Below are positions 14,440 through 25,300 of a stretch of DNA of 64,000 bases, one piece after another; positions within the stretch are counted from its first letter, which is position 1; each line of letters begins with the position of its first letter. Location of the stretch: NCBI GenBank assembly GCA_045863855.1, contig BTVV01000020.1:1-64000 (forward strand). Reading direction: 5' to 3'. Source of the stretch: Planctomycetota bacterium (GTDB taxonomy: Bacteria > Planctomycetota > SZUA-567 > H5-PLA8). The position numbers and the translations under genes are program-made. The notes below the pieces were generated by a model that did not search any database, was not told the DNA's origin, and saw only the letters and a list, made by a program, of their open reading frames with translations.

Positions 14440-14952
14440 GAGCCGGTTCGATGCTCCTGGAGGCTGCGGTTGCAACCGATATAGGCTCTACCAAGGCATT
14501 TTTTAAATCCAACCAGAGCCTACCGAGGCCTAGCGAGCATGCAACCGCACAACGTGTTAAATGCGTCTAAAGTTTTCTAGCTGGCCGAATTGTAAAAAGG
14601 AATCGGTGTAAAGCGCAAGGCTTGGTTAGATCCATTGGCGAGCTGAGGACCTCAAGGTGCATAATTTTGGCGCGAGGTGACGGGTTGGCGCGAGGCGTTA
14701 TGGGTCTTACGCCCGGAAGGATGAGCGCTTGCAAGGAGATACGGTGAGGAGTAGGATGCGTTTTGAGTGAGTAAGCGGCCTTTATGGCGCTTGCTATTTT
14801 GATCGCGTGCCGTCCCAAACTCATCAGCCTGTACAGGCCTCGGTGATGCACGGCTCGCGACCCGTCATGCGGCTGCGTGCTCGCCGTGTGCTCGGGCGGC
14901 GAGGTGCTGAGCCGTTGGATCGGCAGGCGCCCTAGGGAGGCGTAAAGCCAAG

Positions 14953-16248
14953 ATGGTTGTGGGTGCGGAGTTACTGCGGCTGATCGATTCGATTCACCGC
15001 GATAAGGGGATCAATAAAGAGATCCTCTTCGAGTCGATCGAGAATGCTTTGCTGACGGCCTCGCGCAAGCGCTGGGGTCCGCATGGCGATTTGACGGTGC
15101 GGATCAACCGGATCACGGGCGAACTCGAAGCATACGAAGACGGCAAGCGCATCGACCCGGCGGAATTCGGCCGGATCAGCGCTCAGACGGCCAAGCAGAT
15201 CATGATCCAGAAGATCCGCGAAGCCGAGCGCGACGTGATTTTCGACGATTACGAAAAGCGCATCGACAGCCTGGTGACGGGCACGGTGCAGCGCTTCGAG
15301 AAGGGCAACATCATCGCCAGCTTGGGCCGCGCCGAGGGCTTGGTGCCGAAGAGCGAGCAGATTTTCAGCGAGCAGTACCGGCCCGGCGACCGTATCCGCG
15401 CGTTCCTGGTCAAGGTTCAGAAGAAGGGCCAGAAGGTCATCATCATCCTGAGCCGCACGCATCCGAATCTGGTCAAGGAACTCTTCGGTCTGGAAGTTCC
15501 GGAGATCGGGGACCGCATCGTCGAGATCAAGGGCATTGTGCGCGAGCCCGGCCACCGCACGAAGATCGCGGTGTACAGCAGCGACCCGAAGGTGGACGCG
15601 ATCGGCGCGTGCGTAGGCGTTCGCGGAACGCGTATCCGCAATATCGTCGAAGAGCTGGGCGGCGAGAAGATCGACATCGTGCGCTACAGCGACAGCCCGG
15701 ACCTGTTCATCCGCAACGCGCTTTCGCCTGCCGAAATCTCGGCGGTGGAGCTGGACCGCGAATCGCAGCACGCGCGGGTGATCGTCCCCGAGGACCAGCT
15801 CAGCCTGGCGATCGGCAAAAAAGGCCAGAACGTGCGCCTGACGGCGAAGCTGACGCACTGGCACATCGATATTATGACCGAAGAGCAGGCGCGTAAGCTG
15901 CGCGAACTCGAACGCGCCGAGATCTACAAGATCACGTGCATCCCCGAGAACATCACCGAGAAGATGCTGCTGGGCGGGATCACGTCGCTGAAGCAGATCC
16001 TGGCTCGCACGGCCGATCACTTCCAGACGATTTACGACTTGAGCCCGGAGCAGGCGGAAGCGCTGCTCGAGTACGCGGCTCAGCGCGACAAGGAAATGGA
16101 AGAAGAGCGCGCGAAGATTCAGCAGGCTCCGGCACGCCGCCCCGCGGCGGCGGCGGCTCCGGCGGCGGCTCCCGCCGAAAGCGCTCCGGCGCCGGCCGAT
16201 CAGGCTCAGACGGAAGCCGCCGCGCCTGGCGCGGGCGGCACAGCTTAA
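14953..16248 (+). CDS. nusA: Transcription termination/antitermination factor NusA
   Basis: FGRISAQTAKQ, S1 domain, REPGHRTKIAV, GACVG.RG.RI, SLAIGKKGQNVRL; GGAGG RBS. Confidence 0.97.
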   Translation: MVVGAELLRLIDSIHRDKGINKEILFESIENALLTASRKRWGPHGDLTVRINRITGELEAYEDGKRIDPAEFGRISAQTAKQIMIQKIREAERDVIFDDYEKRIDSLVTGTVQRFEKGNIIASLGRAEGLVPKSEQIFSEQYRPGDRIRAFLVKVQKKGQKVIIILSRTHPNLVKELFGLEVPEIGDRIVEIKGIVREPGHRTKIAVYSSDPKVDAIGACVGVRGTRIRNIVEELGGEKIDIVRYSDSPDLFIRNALSPAEISAVELDRESQHARVIVPEDQLSLAIGKKGQNVRLTAKLTHWHIDIMTEEQARKLRELERAEIYKITCIPENITEKMLLGGITSLKQILARTADHFQTIYDLSPEQAEALLEYAAQRDKEMEEERAKIQQAPARRPAAAAAPAAAPAESAPAPADQAQTEAAAPGAGGTA

Positions 16249-16463
16249 CGATGTGGTGCGTGGAGAGTCCCATGTTGGAAGTGACCACGCCGCATGAATG
16301 CGAGCCGGCTCAGTGAGCCGGCCGTGCTTATCGATCCGCAGGACCTGACGCCTTCCGGCTCGCTGACCGGTGGGCGCAAGCCCGCGGTTGGCCAGTGTGC
16401 AGCAACCAGGACCCGTTCGGGCGCATTGGGCCCGCCGGACTCCTCAAGCTCGGAAGGAAGCGT

Positions 16464-19208
16464 ATGGCGAAGGCGACGGTCAAACCGGTTCCCACCGGCA
16501 TTCGGGTCAGCCAGTTAGCCAAGGAGATCGGCCTTCCCAGCAAGGCCCTGATCGAGAAGGCTGCCGAGCTGAAAATCGAGGTGAAGAACGCCAGCGCCAC
16601 GCTGACCCGTGGCCAGGCCGACCGCCTCCGCGCCAAATTCGGCAACAGCGAAGATCTCCGCGCCGCGCTCGAGAAGAAGAAGAAAGCGGCCAAGCAGAAG
16701 ATTACCGAGGCCGAAGAAGCCGCCAGCACGGACACCGAGGAATCCGCCGAAGAGGAAACGGTGGCCGAGGCCGCGCTCGAAGATGCGGCCGCGCCCGCAG
16801 TGGAGGCGCCCGCGGCTCCCGCCGAGACGTTCGCGGAAGCTCCGGCGTCCGAAGCGCCTGCCGCGGCGGTGGAGGAAACTCCGGCGCCCGAGGCTCCGGC
16901 CGCTCTCGTGGAAGCGCCCGCCGCCGAACCCGCTGCTCCCGTGGAAGCTCCCATCGCGGAAGAGGCCCCCGCCGAAGCTCCCGTACCGGACGCGCGACCT
17001 AAAGAAGTTCGTTTCATCCAGGCCGGCCCTGCGATCGCGCAGCCGATCCGCCAGCAGGCCGAACCGACCCAGGCGGGCGATACGCGCTTCGGCGTGGTGC
17101 TGAGCGCCGACAAAGCGCGAGAGATTCACGGCGACGTGAACACGGTTCGCGACAAACGCGGACGCACCACGGCCGTGGAATCGAAGGTGGTGGAGGACTT
17201 CAAGCCGGTCGTGAGCTACCCGAAGGTAGCGGAGTTGGCAGTGGAGGAAGAGGCGCGCCGGGTGGGCGGCGTGCCTGGGCGCGCGCGCCGTCCAATGACG
17301 CGCGGGGCTTCCGGGCGCGGCGGACGCCGGCACGGCGCGGCGCTTCTGCGCGACGACGACCGCTTCCGCGGAAAGCGCAAGCAGCCGCGCAAGGTTCAAG
17401 CCAAGCCCACGATCGTACGCACGGGCCCGGCCGAAGTCACCAGCCCGGTCACGATCAAAGGCCTGTGCGAAGCGCTGGGCATCAAGTCGACGGTGCTGAT
17501 TCAGAAGTTTTTCCAAGAAGGCAAGATGGTGCGCATCAACGGCATCCTGACGGATGTGGATGCGGAAATCTACGCGGGGGAGTTCGATCCGCTGGGCTTC
17601 GGGATCAAGATCAAGAAGGCCCGCGACGTCGAAGAAGAGATGCTCAGCGGCGTGGACCAGGCCGACAATCCCGAAGACCTGCAGCCTCGGGCGCCGGTGG
17701 TCACGATCATGGGCCACGTCGACCACGGCAAGACCTCGCTGCTGGATTACATCCGTAAGGCGAAGGTCGCTTCGGGCGAAGCCGGCGGGATCACGCAGCA
17801 TATCGGGGCGTACCGGATTTCGACGCCGCGCGGGGACATCGCGTTCCTCGATACGCCAGGGCACCGCGCGTTCACCGAGATGCGCGCGCGCGGAGCCAAC
17901 GTGACGGACATCGTGGTGCTGGTGGTCGCGGCCAACGACGGCGTGATGCCGCAGACGGTGGAAGCGATCTCGCACACGAAGGCCGCCGGCAAGTCGATCA
18001 TCGTGGCGATGAACAAGATGGACCTGAAGGAAGCGAATCCGGAGCGCGTGAAGGGCGAACTGGCCGCCAAGGAAGTGATCGTCGAAGACTACGGCGGGTC
18101 GGTGGGCTGCATCCCGGTTTCGGCGCTGACCGGACAGGGTGTCGATGCGCTGCTGGAGCGCATTCTGCTCGAAGCCGAATTGATGGAGCTGAAAGCGAAT
18201 CCGAACAAGCACGCGGTCGGCACGGTGATCGAAGCGCACAAGGACCAGGGCCGCGGGATCGTGGTCACGGTGCTGGTGCAGGAAGGCACGCTTTTGCCCG
18301 GCGACGTACTCGTGGCGGGCCATGCCTACGGTTCGGTGCGGCAGATCCTGGACAGCTCGGGCAAGGAGCTGGAGGAAGCCGGGCCGTCCCAGCCGGTCCA
18401 GATTACGGGGCTGAACGACGTGCCGTTGGCGGGCGAACGCTTCCACGTGATCGATGAGATCAAGGTGGCGGCGGAAGTGGCCGAACTGCGCGCGATGGCG
18501 ATCCGGCAGGAGGGCCTGAGCGCGCGGCAGCACGTGACGCTCGAGAACCTGCACGACTTGATCAAGCAAGGCGAAGCGAACAGCCTGAAGCTGATCGTGA
18601 AGGTGGACGTAATGGGCTCGCTGAACCCGGTGATCAACGCGGTGAACGAGCTGTCCACCGATGAGGTCAAGGTGGAAGTAATTCACGCGGCGGTAGGCGC
18701 GATCAACGAGATGGACGTAAAGCTGGCCGACGCTTCGGACGCGATCGCGGTTGGCTTCAACGTAACGGCCGACCCCGGGGCGCGGCGCCTGTCCGAAGAG
18801 CGCGGCGTGGAAATCCGCACCTACCGGGTGATCTACGAACTGGTGGACGAGTGCCGCAAGGCGCTGGAAGGCCTGCTCAGGCCTTTGGAAAAAGAGAGCA
18901 TCACCGGCCATCTGGAAGTGCGTCAGATGTTCAAGATCTCGCGCTTCGGAACGATCGCCGGCTGCTTCGTGCTGGACGGCACGATCAACCGCAACAGCTC
19001 GGTGCGGCTGATCCGCGACGGTAAGCCGGTCTGGCAAGGGCGGCTCTCGAGCTTGCGGCGCGTGAAGGACGACGTGCGCGAAGTTCGTGAAGGCTTCGAA
19101 TGCGGCGTCAAGCTGGATGGTTTCGACGACCTGAAGGACCGGGACATCATCGAGGTCTATACGGTCGAAAAGGTGGCGCGCACGCTGGAAGGTTCGGCGC
19201 CGCGCTAA
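16464..19208 (+). CDS. infB: Translation initiation factor IF-2
   Basis: [12 protein letters not shown]-domain, [34 protein letters not shown]. Confidence 0.98.
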   Translation: MAKATVKPVPTGIRVSQLAKEIGLPSKALIEKAAELKIEVKNASATLTRGQADRLRAKFGNSEDLRAALEKKKKAAKQKITEAEEAASTDTEESAEEETVAEAALEDAAAPAVEAPAAPAETFAEAPASEAPAAAVEETPAPEAPAALVEAPAAEPAAPVEAPIAEEAPAEAPVPDARPKEVRFIQAGPAIAQPIRQQAEPTQAGDTRFGVVLSADKAREIHGDVNTVRDKRGRTTAVESKVVEDFKPVVSYPKVAELAVEEEARRVGGVPGRARRPMTRGASGRGGRRHGAALLRDDDRFRGKRKQPRKVQAKPTIVRTGPAEVTSPVTIKGLCEALGIKSTVLIQKFFQEGKMVRINGILTDVDAEIYAGEFDPLGFGIKIKKARDVEEEMLSGVDQADNPEDLQPRAPVVTIMGHVDHGKTSLLDYIRKAKVASGEAGGITQHIGAYRISTPRGDIAFLDTPGHRAFTEMRARGANVTDIVVLVVAANDGVMPQTVEAISHTKAAGKSIIVAMNKMDLKEANPERVKGELAAKEVIVEDYGGSVGCIPVSALTGQGVDALLERILLEAELMELKANPNKHAVGTVIEAHKDQGRGIVVTVLVQEGTLLPGDVLVAGHAYGSVRQILDSSGKELEEAGPSQPVQITGLNDVPLAGERFHVIDEIKVAAEVAELRAMAIRQEGLSARQHVTLENLHDLIKQGEANSLKLIVKVDVMGSLNPVINAVNELSTDEVKVEVIHAAVGAINEMDVKLADASDAIAVGFNVTADPGARRLSEERGVEIRTYRVIYELVDECRKALEGLLRPLEKESITGHLEVRQMFKISRFGTIAGCFVLDGTINRNSSVRLIRDGKPVWQGRLSSLRRVKDDVREVREGFECGVKLDGFDDLKDRDIIEVYTVEKVARTLEGSAPR

Positions 19209-19218
19209 GCGCGTATTC

Positions 19219-19617
19219 ATGAGCGGCCCGCGCGACATGTGGGTGGCGGTGCTGCGCCTGGAGATCCACGTGCCGGGCGCGCGCAGCCGCAAGGACCGCC
19301 GGCAGGTGGTCAAGAGCCTCAAAGAGCGGCTGCGCGGGAAGTTCGGCATCGCCTGCAACGAGGTCGGCGATCTGGACACGTGGACGCGCGCCACGCTGGG
19401 CGCCGCGGCCATCGCCGGCAGCGAACGCGAAGCCGCGCAATTCGCCGACGAGATCGTGCGCTACGCTCAAAACGACCCCGAAGGCGTGCTGGCGCACGTG
19501 GACCGCGATATCTTCCGCTACGACGGACCAGACGAAGACGAAAACGATGACGAAGACGGTTATCGGGAAGCGGACGAGCCGGACGAAGCAGCCGCCGATT
19601 CCGGCGAACCCCGCTGA
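19219..19617 (+). CDS. DUF503 (YlxP-like) protein with acidic tail
   Basis: PGARSRKDRRQVVKSLKERLR, EVGDLDTW; typical position between infB and rbfA. Confidence 0.88.
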   Translation: MSGPRDMWVAVLRLEIHVPGARSRKDRRQVVKSLKERLRGKFGIACNEVGDLDTWTRATLGAAAIAGSEREAAQFADEIVRYAQNDPEGVLAHVDRDIFRYDGPDEDENDDEDGYREADEPDEAAADSGEPR

Positions 19618-19725
19618 TACCCTCCGCACCGGGAGCGCTCTGAAGGCCTATGCGCTCGTTGGCGAAAACACGGCCCAGGTGCTAGATTGTTGCGCCGATG
19701 GCCGAGCGGCCTTTTAGGAAATCCC

Positions 19726-20154
19726 ATGAGCGTCCGGTTGGAACGATTGAAAGAAGTCATCCGCGAGCGCGCGTCGGAGCTGATCCTCTACGAGCTGAAC
19801 GACCCGCGGCTGGGTTTCTGTACGGTCACCAAGGTCGATCTGACCAGCGATCTGTCGCAGGCGGTGATTCACGTTTCGGTGCTGGGCGACGAGACGCAGA
19901 AGCGCACGACGCTGCGCGGGCTGAAGGCCGGCCGCGGGCTGATCCAAAGCGAGATCGCGAAGGTGCTGAGGACGCGCACCACGCCGCACGTGGAGATCGA
20001 GTTGGACGAATCGATCGAACGCTCGTTTCGGCTGCAGGAGAAGATCAGAGCCGCGCGGGCATCGGACCCCGACGGGGGCGTTTCAAGCGACGGGGCACAA
20101 GCCACGGCTACCGAAATTCCGGACGAACCGGACGGCGACGAGGAGGACGCGTAA
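19726..20154 (+). CDS. rbfA: 30S ribosome-binding factor A
   Basis: ELNDPRLG..TVTKVDLTSDL, RTTPH, DESIER. Confidence 0.95.
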   Translation: MSVRLERLKEVIRERASELILYELNDPRLGFCTVTKVDLTSDLSQAVIHVSVLGDETQKRTTLRGLKAGRGLIQSEIAKVLRTRTTPHVEIELDESIERSFRLQEKIRAARASDPDGGVSSDGAQATATEIPDEPDGDEEDA

Positions 20155-20156
20155 AC

Positions 20157-20477
20157 ATGCGGACCATCATGATGCGCGCCGCGCGCGCCGCTGGATTGTG
20201 TGCGTGCCTGCTGGGTCCGTTGGCCGTGCCGCTGGCGCTGGGCGGATGCAAGAAACCCAATGTCCCGAGCCTGACTGGACCGGGCCGGTTGAAAGATATT
20301 ACCGAGGTACGGCGCGGGATGTCGCCCAACGAAGTGCGGCGCATCATGGGCCACGACTACAAGCTGGTGATGGAAGAAGGCATGCAGGGCATGGATATGG
20401 GCATCTACGTTTGGGAATACCCGGAAGGCCGAGTGTATTTTAACTACGAAGGCGCGTTTAAGGTCGAGCCGTTCTAA
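20157..20477 (+). CDS. Small lipoprotein, SmpA/OmlA(BamE)-like
   Basis: Lipobox LGGC; VRRGMSPNEVRRIMG and WEY motifs. Confidence 0.65.
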   Translation: MRTIMMRAARAAGLCACLLGPLAVPLALGGCKKPNVPSLTGPGRLKDITEVRRGMSPNEVRRIMGHDYKLVMEEGMQGMDMGIYVWEYPEGRVYFNYEGAFKVEPF

Positions 20478-20531
20478 CACGCGATAGCACCCTCCACGGA
20501 CCCACCGGCCGTGGCCTGAGAGGCTGCCCTT

Positions 20532-22352
20532 ATGTCTCGCACCCGAATCGAAGAATCCCTGTTTTCGCGCCTGGAACGCGTGAACGGCAAGCCCGCAATG
20601 CCCTGCGGCACGATCTTGATCGAGCGTAAGCTCGACGACCGTCCCTCGGGCTCGGTCTTTCTGGCGCAGCACCTGGGACTGGACCGCCCGGTAATTCTGC
20701 GCGTGATGCACCCGGAGGTTACCGCGCGAGTCTCCGACAACGAGGCGCTACGGGCGTGGGCGCAGCGGCTCGCGCGAGTGCGCCACGAAAACGTGGGCAC
20801 CATTTACGATCTGGGCAAGCACCACGACCACTCGTACCTGATCCTCGAATACGTGCTCGGGGTGCCGATGACCGAAAGGATCAAGGTCCGTCCGTACACC
20901 CCGGCGGAGGCGCTGATGCTGCTGACGCCGATCGCCAACGGTCTGGCGGCGTACTGGCGCGAAGGCGTGCTGCATCGCGGGATGAGCCCGCAGCGCGTGA
21001 GCATCACGGCGGAAGGGCGGCCGATGCTGGACCTGGTGGTGCTGCCGCCGCGCACCACCGATTCGTTCATGATGAACCTCCACGCGCCGTTCATGGCCGG
21101 CTACTGGGCGCCCGAAGAAATGGCGCTCGTACCCGACCCCGATCCACGCGCGGACATGTTCAGCTTCGGCGCATGCCTGTTCTACGCCCTGTCCGGCGAA
21201 TCGCCGTACGGCAAGGGCACGACCGAAGCCTTGCTGGAGCGGATGCGCACGCAACCGCCGGCCGATGTGAAGCAGAAGCTACCCGACTTACCCGCCGCCC
21301 TGCGCGAATTCCTGAGTACGTGCCTCCAGACGAAGCGCGAAGCGCGCTACGCAACGCCCAGGGATTTCCTGGATGCGCTTCAGGGAGCCGAAGATTGCCT
21401 CGAATGCGGCGAACTGCCTCAGGCAACCGGCCGCATGCGCGCGGCTTTTGCCCGAGCGGCCGGCGCACGGACCGCCTACGCCGAAGGCGAGACGCTGGGC
21501 AACTGCAGCCTCATCAGCAGACTGGGCGCAGGCGCGTTCGGGATCGTGTACTTGGCGCGGCACCGCGTGCTGGATATCGAGGTCGCGGTGAAGCTGTTGC
21601 CGCTCGACATCGCCGAAAAAGACCCGCTGTACATCGACCTGTTCCTGCGCGAAGCGCGCACCGCGGCGCGGGTTCGGCATCCCAACGTGATCGCGATCTT
21701 CGAAGCCGGTGAACAGGAAGGGCAGTACTACCTCGTGATGGAGTACGCGCCGGGAGGGTCGCTTTTTCAATTGCTGCAGGAACGCGGCGGCAAATTGCGC
21801 CCCGCCGAAGCGCTGCCGATCCTGCGCGACGCCGCGCGCGGGCTGGCGGCCGCCGAACGGCTGAACATCATCCACCGCGATATCAAACCCGATAACCTGA
21901 TCTTCGGTGCGGGCGGGACGCTGAAGATCGCCGATTTGGGCCTGGCCAAGCGCATCCCGCACGGCGACTCCAGCGCCTCGCTGCTCGAGGAACTGCGGCG
22001 CGACCAGCTTACGATCAAGGCCGGTCAATCGAGCCAGATCGTGGGCACGCCGGCGTACATGGCGCCCGAATTGGCCATGCGACCGCAGGAAGCCGACACG
22101 CGCGCCGACCAGTACGCGCTGGGCTGCACGGCTTACGAAATGCTGGCGGGCATGCAGCCGCTGGTGGGCGAGAACAGCTTCGTGACGATCATGAAGCAGA
22201 TCCACAACGAGCCGACGCCGCTGCGGTCCATCTCGCCCGAGGTTCCGACCGAACTGGCCGCCATCGTCGAGAAGATGATGAAGAAAGATCCCAACGACCG
22301 CTTCGCGCGCGCTTCGGACCTCGTGTCGGCGCTGGAAAACCTCGCGCTGTAA
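20532..22352 (+). CDS. Cytoplasmic tandem pseudokinase plus Ser/Thr kinase
   Basis: C-terminal domain has GAGAFG, VAVK, HRDIKPDN, DLG, GTPAYMAPE; N-terminal domain is kinase-like but degenerate. Confidence 0.88.
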   Translation: MSRTRIEESLFSRLERVNGKPAMPCGTILIERKLDDRPSGSVFLAQHLGLDRPVILRVMHPEVTARVSDNEALRAWAQRLARVRHENVGTIYDLGKHHDHSYLILEYVLGVPMTERIKVRPYTPAEALMLLTPIANGLAAYWREGVLHRGMSPQRVSITAEGRPMLDLVVLPPRTTDSFMMNLHAPFMAGYWAPEEMALVPDPDPRADMFSFGACLFYALSGESPYGKGTTEALLERMRTQPPADVKQKLPDLPAALREFLSTCLQTKREARYATPRDFLDALQGAEDCLECGELPQATGRMRAAFARAAGARTAYAEGETLGNCSLISRLGAGAFGIVYLARHRVLDIEVAVKLLPLDIAEKDPLYIDLFLREARTAARVRHPNVIAIFEAGEQEGQYYLVMEYAPGGSLFQLLQERGGKLRPAEALPILRDAARGLAAAERLNIIHRDIKPDNLIFGAGGTLKIADLGLAKRIPHGDSSASLLEELRRDQLTIKAGQSSQIVGTPAYMAPELAMRPQEADTRADQYALGCTAYEMLAGMQPLVGENSFVTIMKQIHNEPTPLRSISPEVPTELAAIVEKMMKKDPNDRFARASDLVSALENLAL

Positions 22353-22385
22353 ACCGAGGCGATGCCGCACGGCGTTTATTTCACG

Positions 22386-25300
22386 CTACTTTTTGAAGAT
22401 CAATTCGCCAAAGCCTTCAGGGTTGTGAAAGCTGTGGCCAACCCAGGCCCAACTGCTGGTCTCGCGCGGTTCGGGTTGGCGGCTGCGGCAGAGATTCACG
22501 CCCCAGACGGCGCCCTCGACAGGCGGTTCGACGCCCAGCGAAGCGAGCGTCACGGAAAACTCCACCGACCACGATCCTTTGCTCTTGCTCACCGCGGCTT
22601 CCATTTCGGCGTTCCAGAGCGGATCGCGCCCGTCGCCGTCCTGGATCGTGCCGAGGCAATTCACGATCAGATGCTTGTAGGTTTTCTTGTCGCGGTTTGC
22701 GTCGAGAAAGACTTCGACCGAGTCGTCCATCCAGACGTCTTTATCGCGCTCGATGGCGTACGCTTTCAGCTCGCCGTATTTGGGCTCGTGGCAGGTGAAA
22801 TGAACGTAAAGTTTCACGCCGTCGCATACGGCCTTGACGCTCGTTTGCGGAACGGCCAGGACACTGCGCGCTAGGTTGAGGAATCCGGTGGCCTCTTCGG
22901 CATCTTTCCAGACGGCGTCGTCGGCCTTGCCGTCCACGACCGGCGCCTGCGCGACCAGCTTGCAGACGACCTGCTTCTTCTCGGCGGTCAGCGCCTTCGG
23001 GAACATGGCCCAAGCGGTTTCGACCTTCTTCGCCTCGCGCTTTTCGCGCAGCGCGGCGATGTACTCGGCAAGTTGCTCGCGCCAGGCGTCGAAGGAAAGC
23101 TTGGCACGGTCCTCGTTGTAGACGCCGCCGGCCTCGGCGCCGCTGCTGAGCCCGTGATCTTTGGGATACGCCGGCAGATACTCTTCGATCGCCTTGACGA
23201 AGCCGCGCGCGGCCAGCGCCGCCGGCGCGTCCTTGGGCGTCTGCGCGAGTTCGGCTTCGAGCAGTTCGAGATAGCGATGATCGTCGACGCCTTCGCGCAC
23301 GTGCTCGAAGGTGACTGCACTCAGGAAACCGCCCGGATAAGCGTAGCCTTGCGACGTGGCCTTGGGATGAAAAACCGGGATGTGCGCGTCGCGGACTTCC
23401 CACGAATAGACCCACTGCCAGTGGCCTTTCGCGCGGCTTTTCCATAAGTAGTAGCCGTGCACCAGCCGGCTGGGACCGCCGTTGTAGAGCCAAAGGTCGG
23501 CGATTTTTTCGACGGCACACAGATAAATGCTGTCGTCGCTGCGCTCCCACGGATGCGTCGAGACGATGTCCATCAACGGCACCAGCGGCGTGTAGGGGCG
23601 ATTGAAGCCGTCGCGGTCGCCCATCAGTGTCACGACGGTTTGCAGGCCTTCGACCTGGCGCGCCAACTTCAGGTACTTGATCGTGTCGCGGCGATTGCGG
23701 TTCCAGTCGTTGAGTTCGGTTTCGCGCGGCTCGTCGAAGATCTGCGCGGCGGCGGGGACGTCGTTGGCCTTGATCCAGTCGCGCATCTGCGTCAGCACCT
23801 GAATGTACGCGGAATTGAATTCGGGGCTGAACTCGGTGAAGCCCTTGCGCATCAGCCCGTACTGCACGATGCCGGCGACGCCGCCGATCAAATGGCGTCC
23901 GCTCAGCCCGTACTTGCGGCACGCATCGATCGTGCGTTTCCATTCGGAAAACTCGCAAGTCACCTTCACGTTGGGTCGGTCGTAGGTGACTTTCGGCCGA
24001 TCGAGCACGAAGCCGTTCATGCCGTGCTCGGCCCAAATACGGATCTCGGCCTCCAGCGTTTGCTGCACGTACGGTTCGTAATCGGGAAAGGCTTGCAGCA
24101 TGTGGCTGCCGAAGGCGGTGTTATTCCACATGCCGCACTCGGTTTTGGTCTTGGGCAGGTCGAACGGGCGCACGCGGACGCGTACGGGCAGGGCCAGGGC
24201 CTCGCCGTGGTGCGGCGCCAGCGTGATCGAGCCCGTGTACGTACCCGCCGGTGTGCCCGGCGGCACGAAGAGTGTCGCCCAATACTGCCGGTTCCAGTCC
24301 TTCTTCAGCTCCAGTTCCTTATAAGGATGCAAGAGCGTGGGAATGGGCTCGTACCAGCCGCCGCCCACGCTTTGCGGGAACTCTTTCACGAAGCACAGAT
24401 CGAAAGCCGACGCGGGGAGTTTGTGCGCGCCGCTGGTTAGCTCGGAAAAAGTAACCTTCGTTACGCCCAAATCTTTGAGCGGACGCAGCGCAAAGGTGAC
24501 GGGCTCGTACTCGTTAGGCGCGCAAGCGATCTCCAAGCCCTGAGCCGGATCGAGCAGTTCGTCGGCGCCGGGCTCGTGATTCGGATAGATGCGGAACTGA
24601 TAATTGCGCGTGAAGATACGGTAGCCGCGCTGGGCTTCAGCGGCTGCGACGGGCGCACCTTCTCCTTCGAGTTTGTGCGGGCGCACGCGCGCGATGCGGC
24701 TCCAGATCTCGTGGTCCACTTCGCCGTAACAGGCTTCCACAAAGGCGCGCCCGGCCTCGGCCTGCGCTTTGGGGTAAATCCAGAGCGTGCGCGGGCCGCA
24801 CTGTTCGAACTTTAAGGTCAGCGCGCCGCCGGCGGCCGAGGCTTCGAAGCGGTGCGGCTTGAAGTAGGTTCGGTGGTATTGATCGAAGAGTGTGCGCGCC
24901 GGATCGTAGATCAAATCGGCGCCGTAGTATTGCAGCTCGTAGCTGAAAAAGCGCTCGGGCGTGATGGTGTCTTCGACGACGGATTTCTCGTTCGCGAGAA
25001 TTTTGTACGATACGTTACGCACGCCTTGCCAGTTGGTGCCGAAGGCCACGCATTGAACTTCGTACTCGCCGTCCGGAAGATCGATGCGGAAAGCCAGATC
25101 CTTGCCGGCAACCTGGTCCCCAAAGAGCGGAAAGCCATCGTGGTAAGCCTGGTCAACCAGTTCCGTACCGCTTAACCCAAAACCGCGGGCGGCGTCGTAC
25201 AGCGTCTTGGCCGTAACGGACGCCGCGCCCGCGAAACAACCGTCCGCTCCGAAGTCGAACCAGCGCGCATCCAGACCTTCAAAAATCCGCTGGGCGGAAA

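Noticed and set aside
14567..14851. 94-aa minus-strand ORF upstream of nusA
   Set aside because: Lies in a divergent promoter region, atypical codon usage, wrong strand for rimP
16395..16463. N-terminal extension of IF-2 from the ORF track
   Set aside because: ATG at 16464 has a GGAAGG RBS and precedes the conserved N-domain
16720..16990. Repetitive GC-rich stretch in infB
   Set aside because: Ordinary Ala/Glu/Pro-rich IF-2 linker
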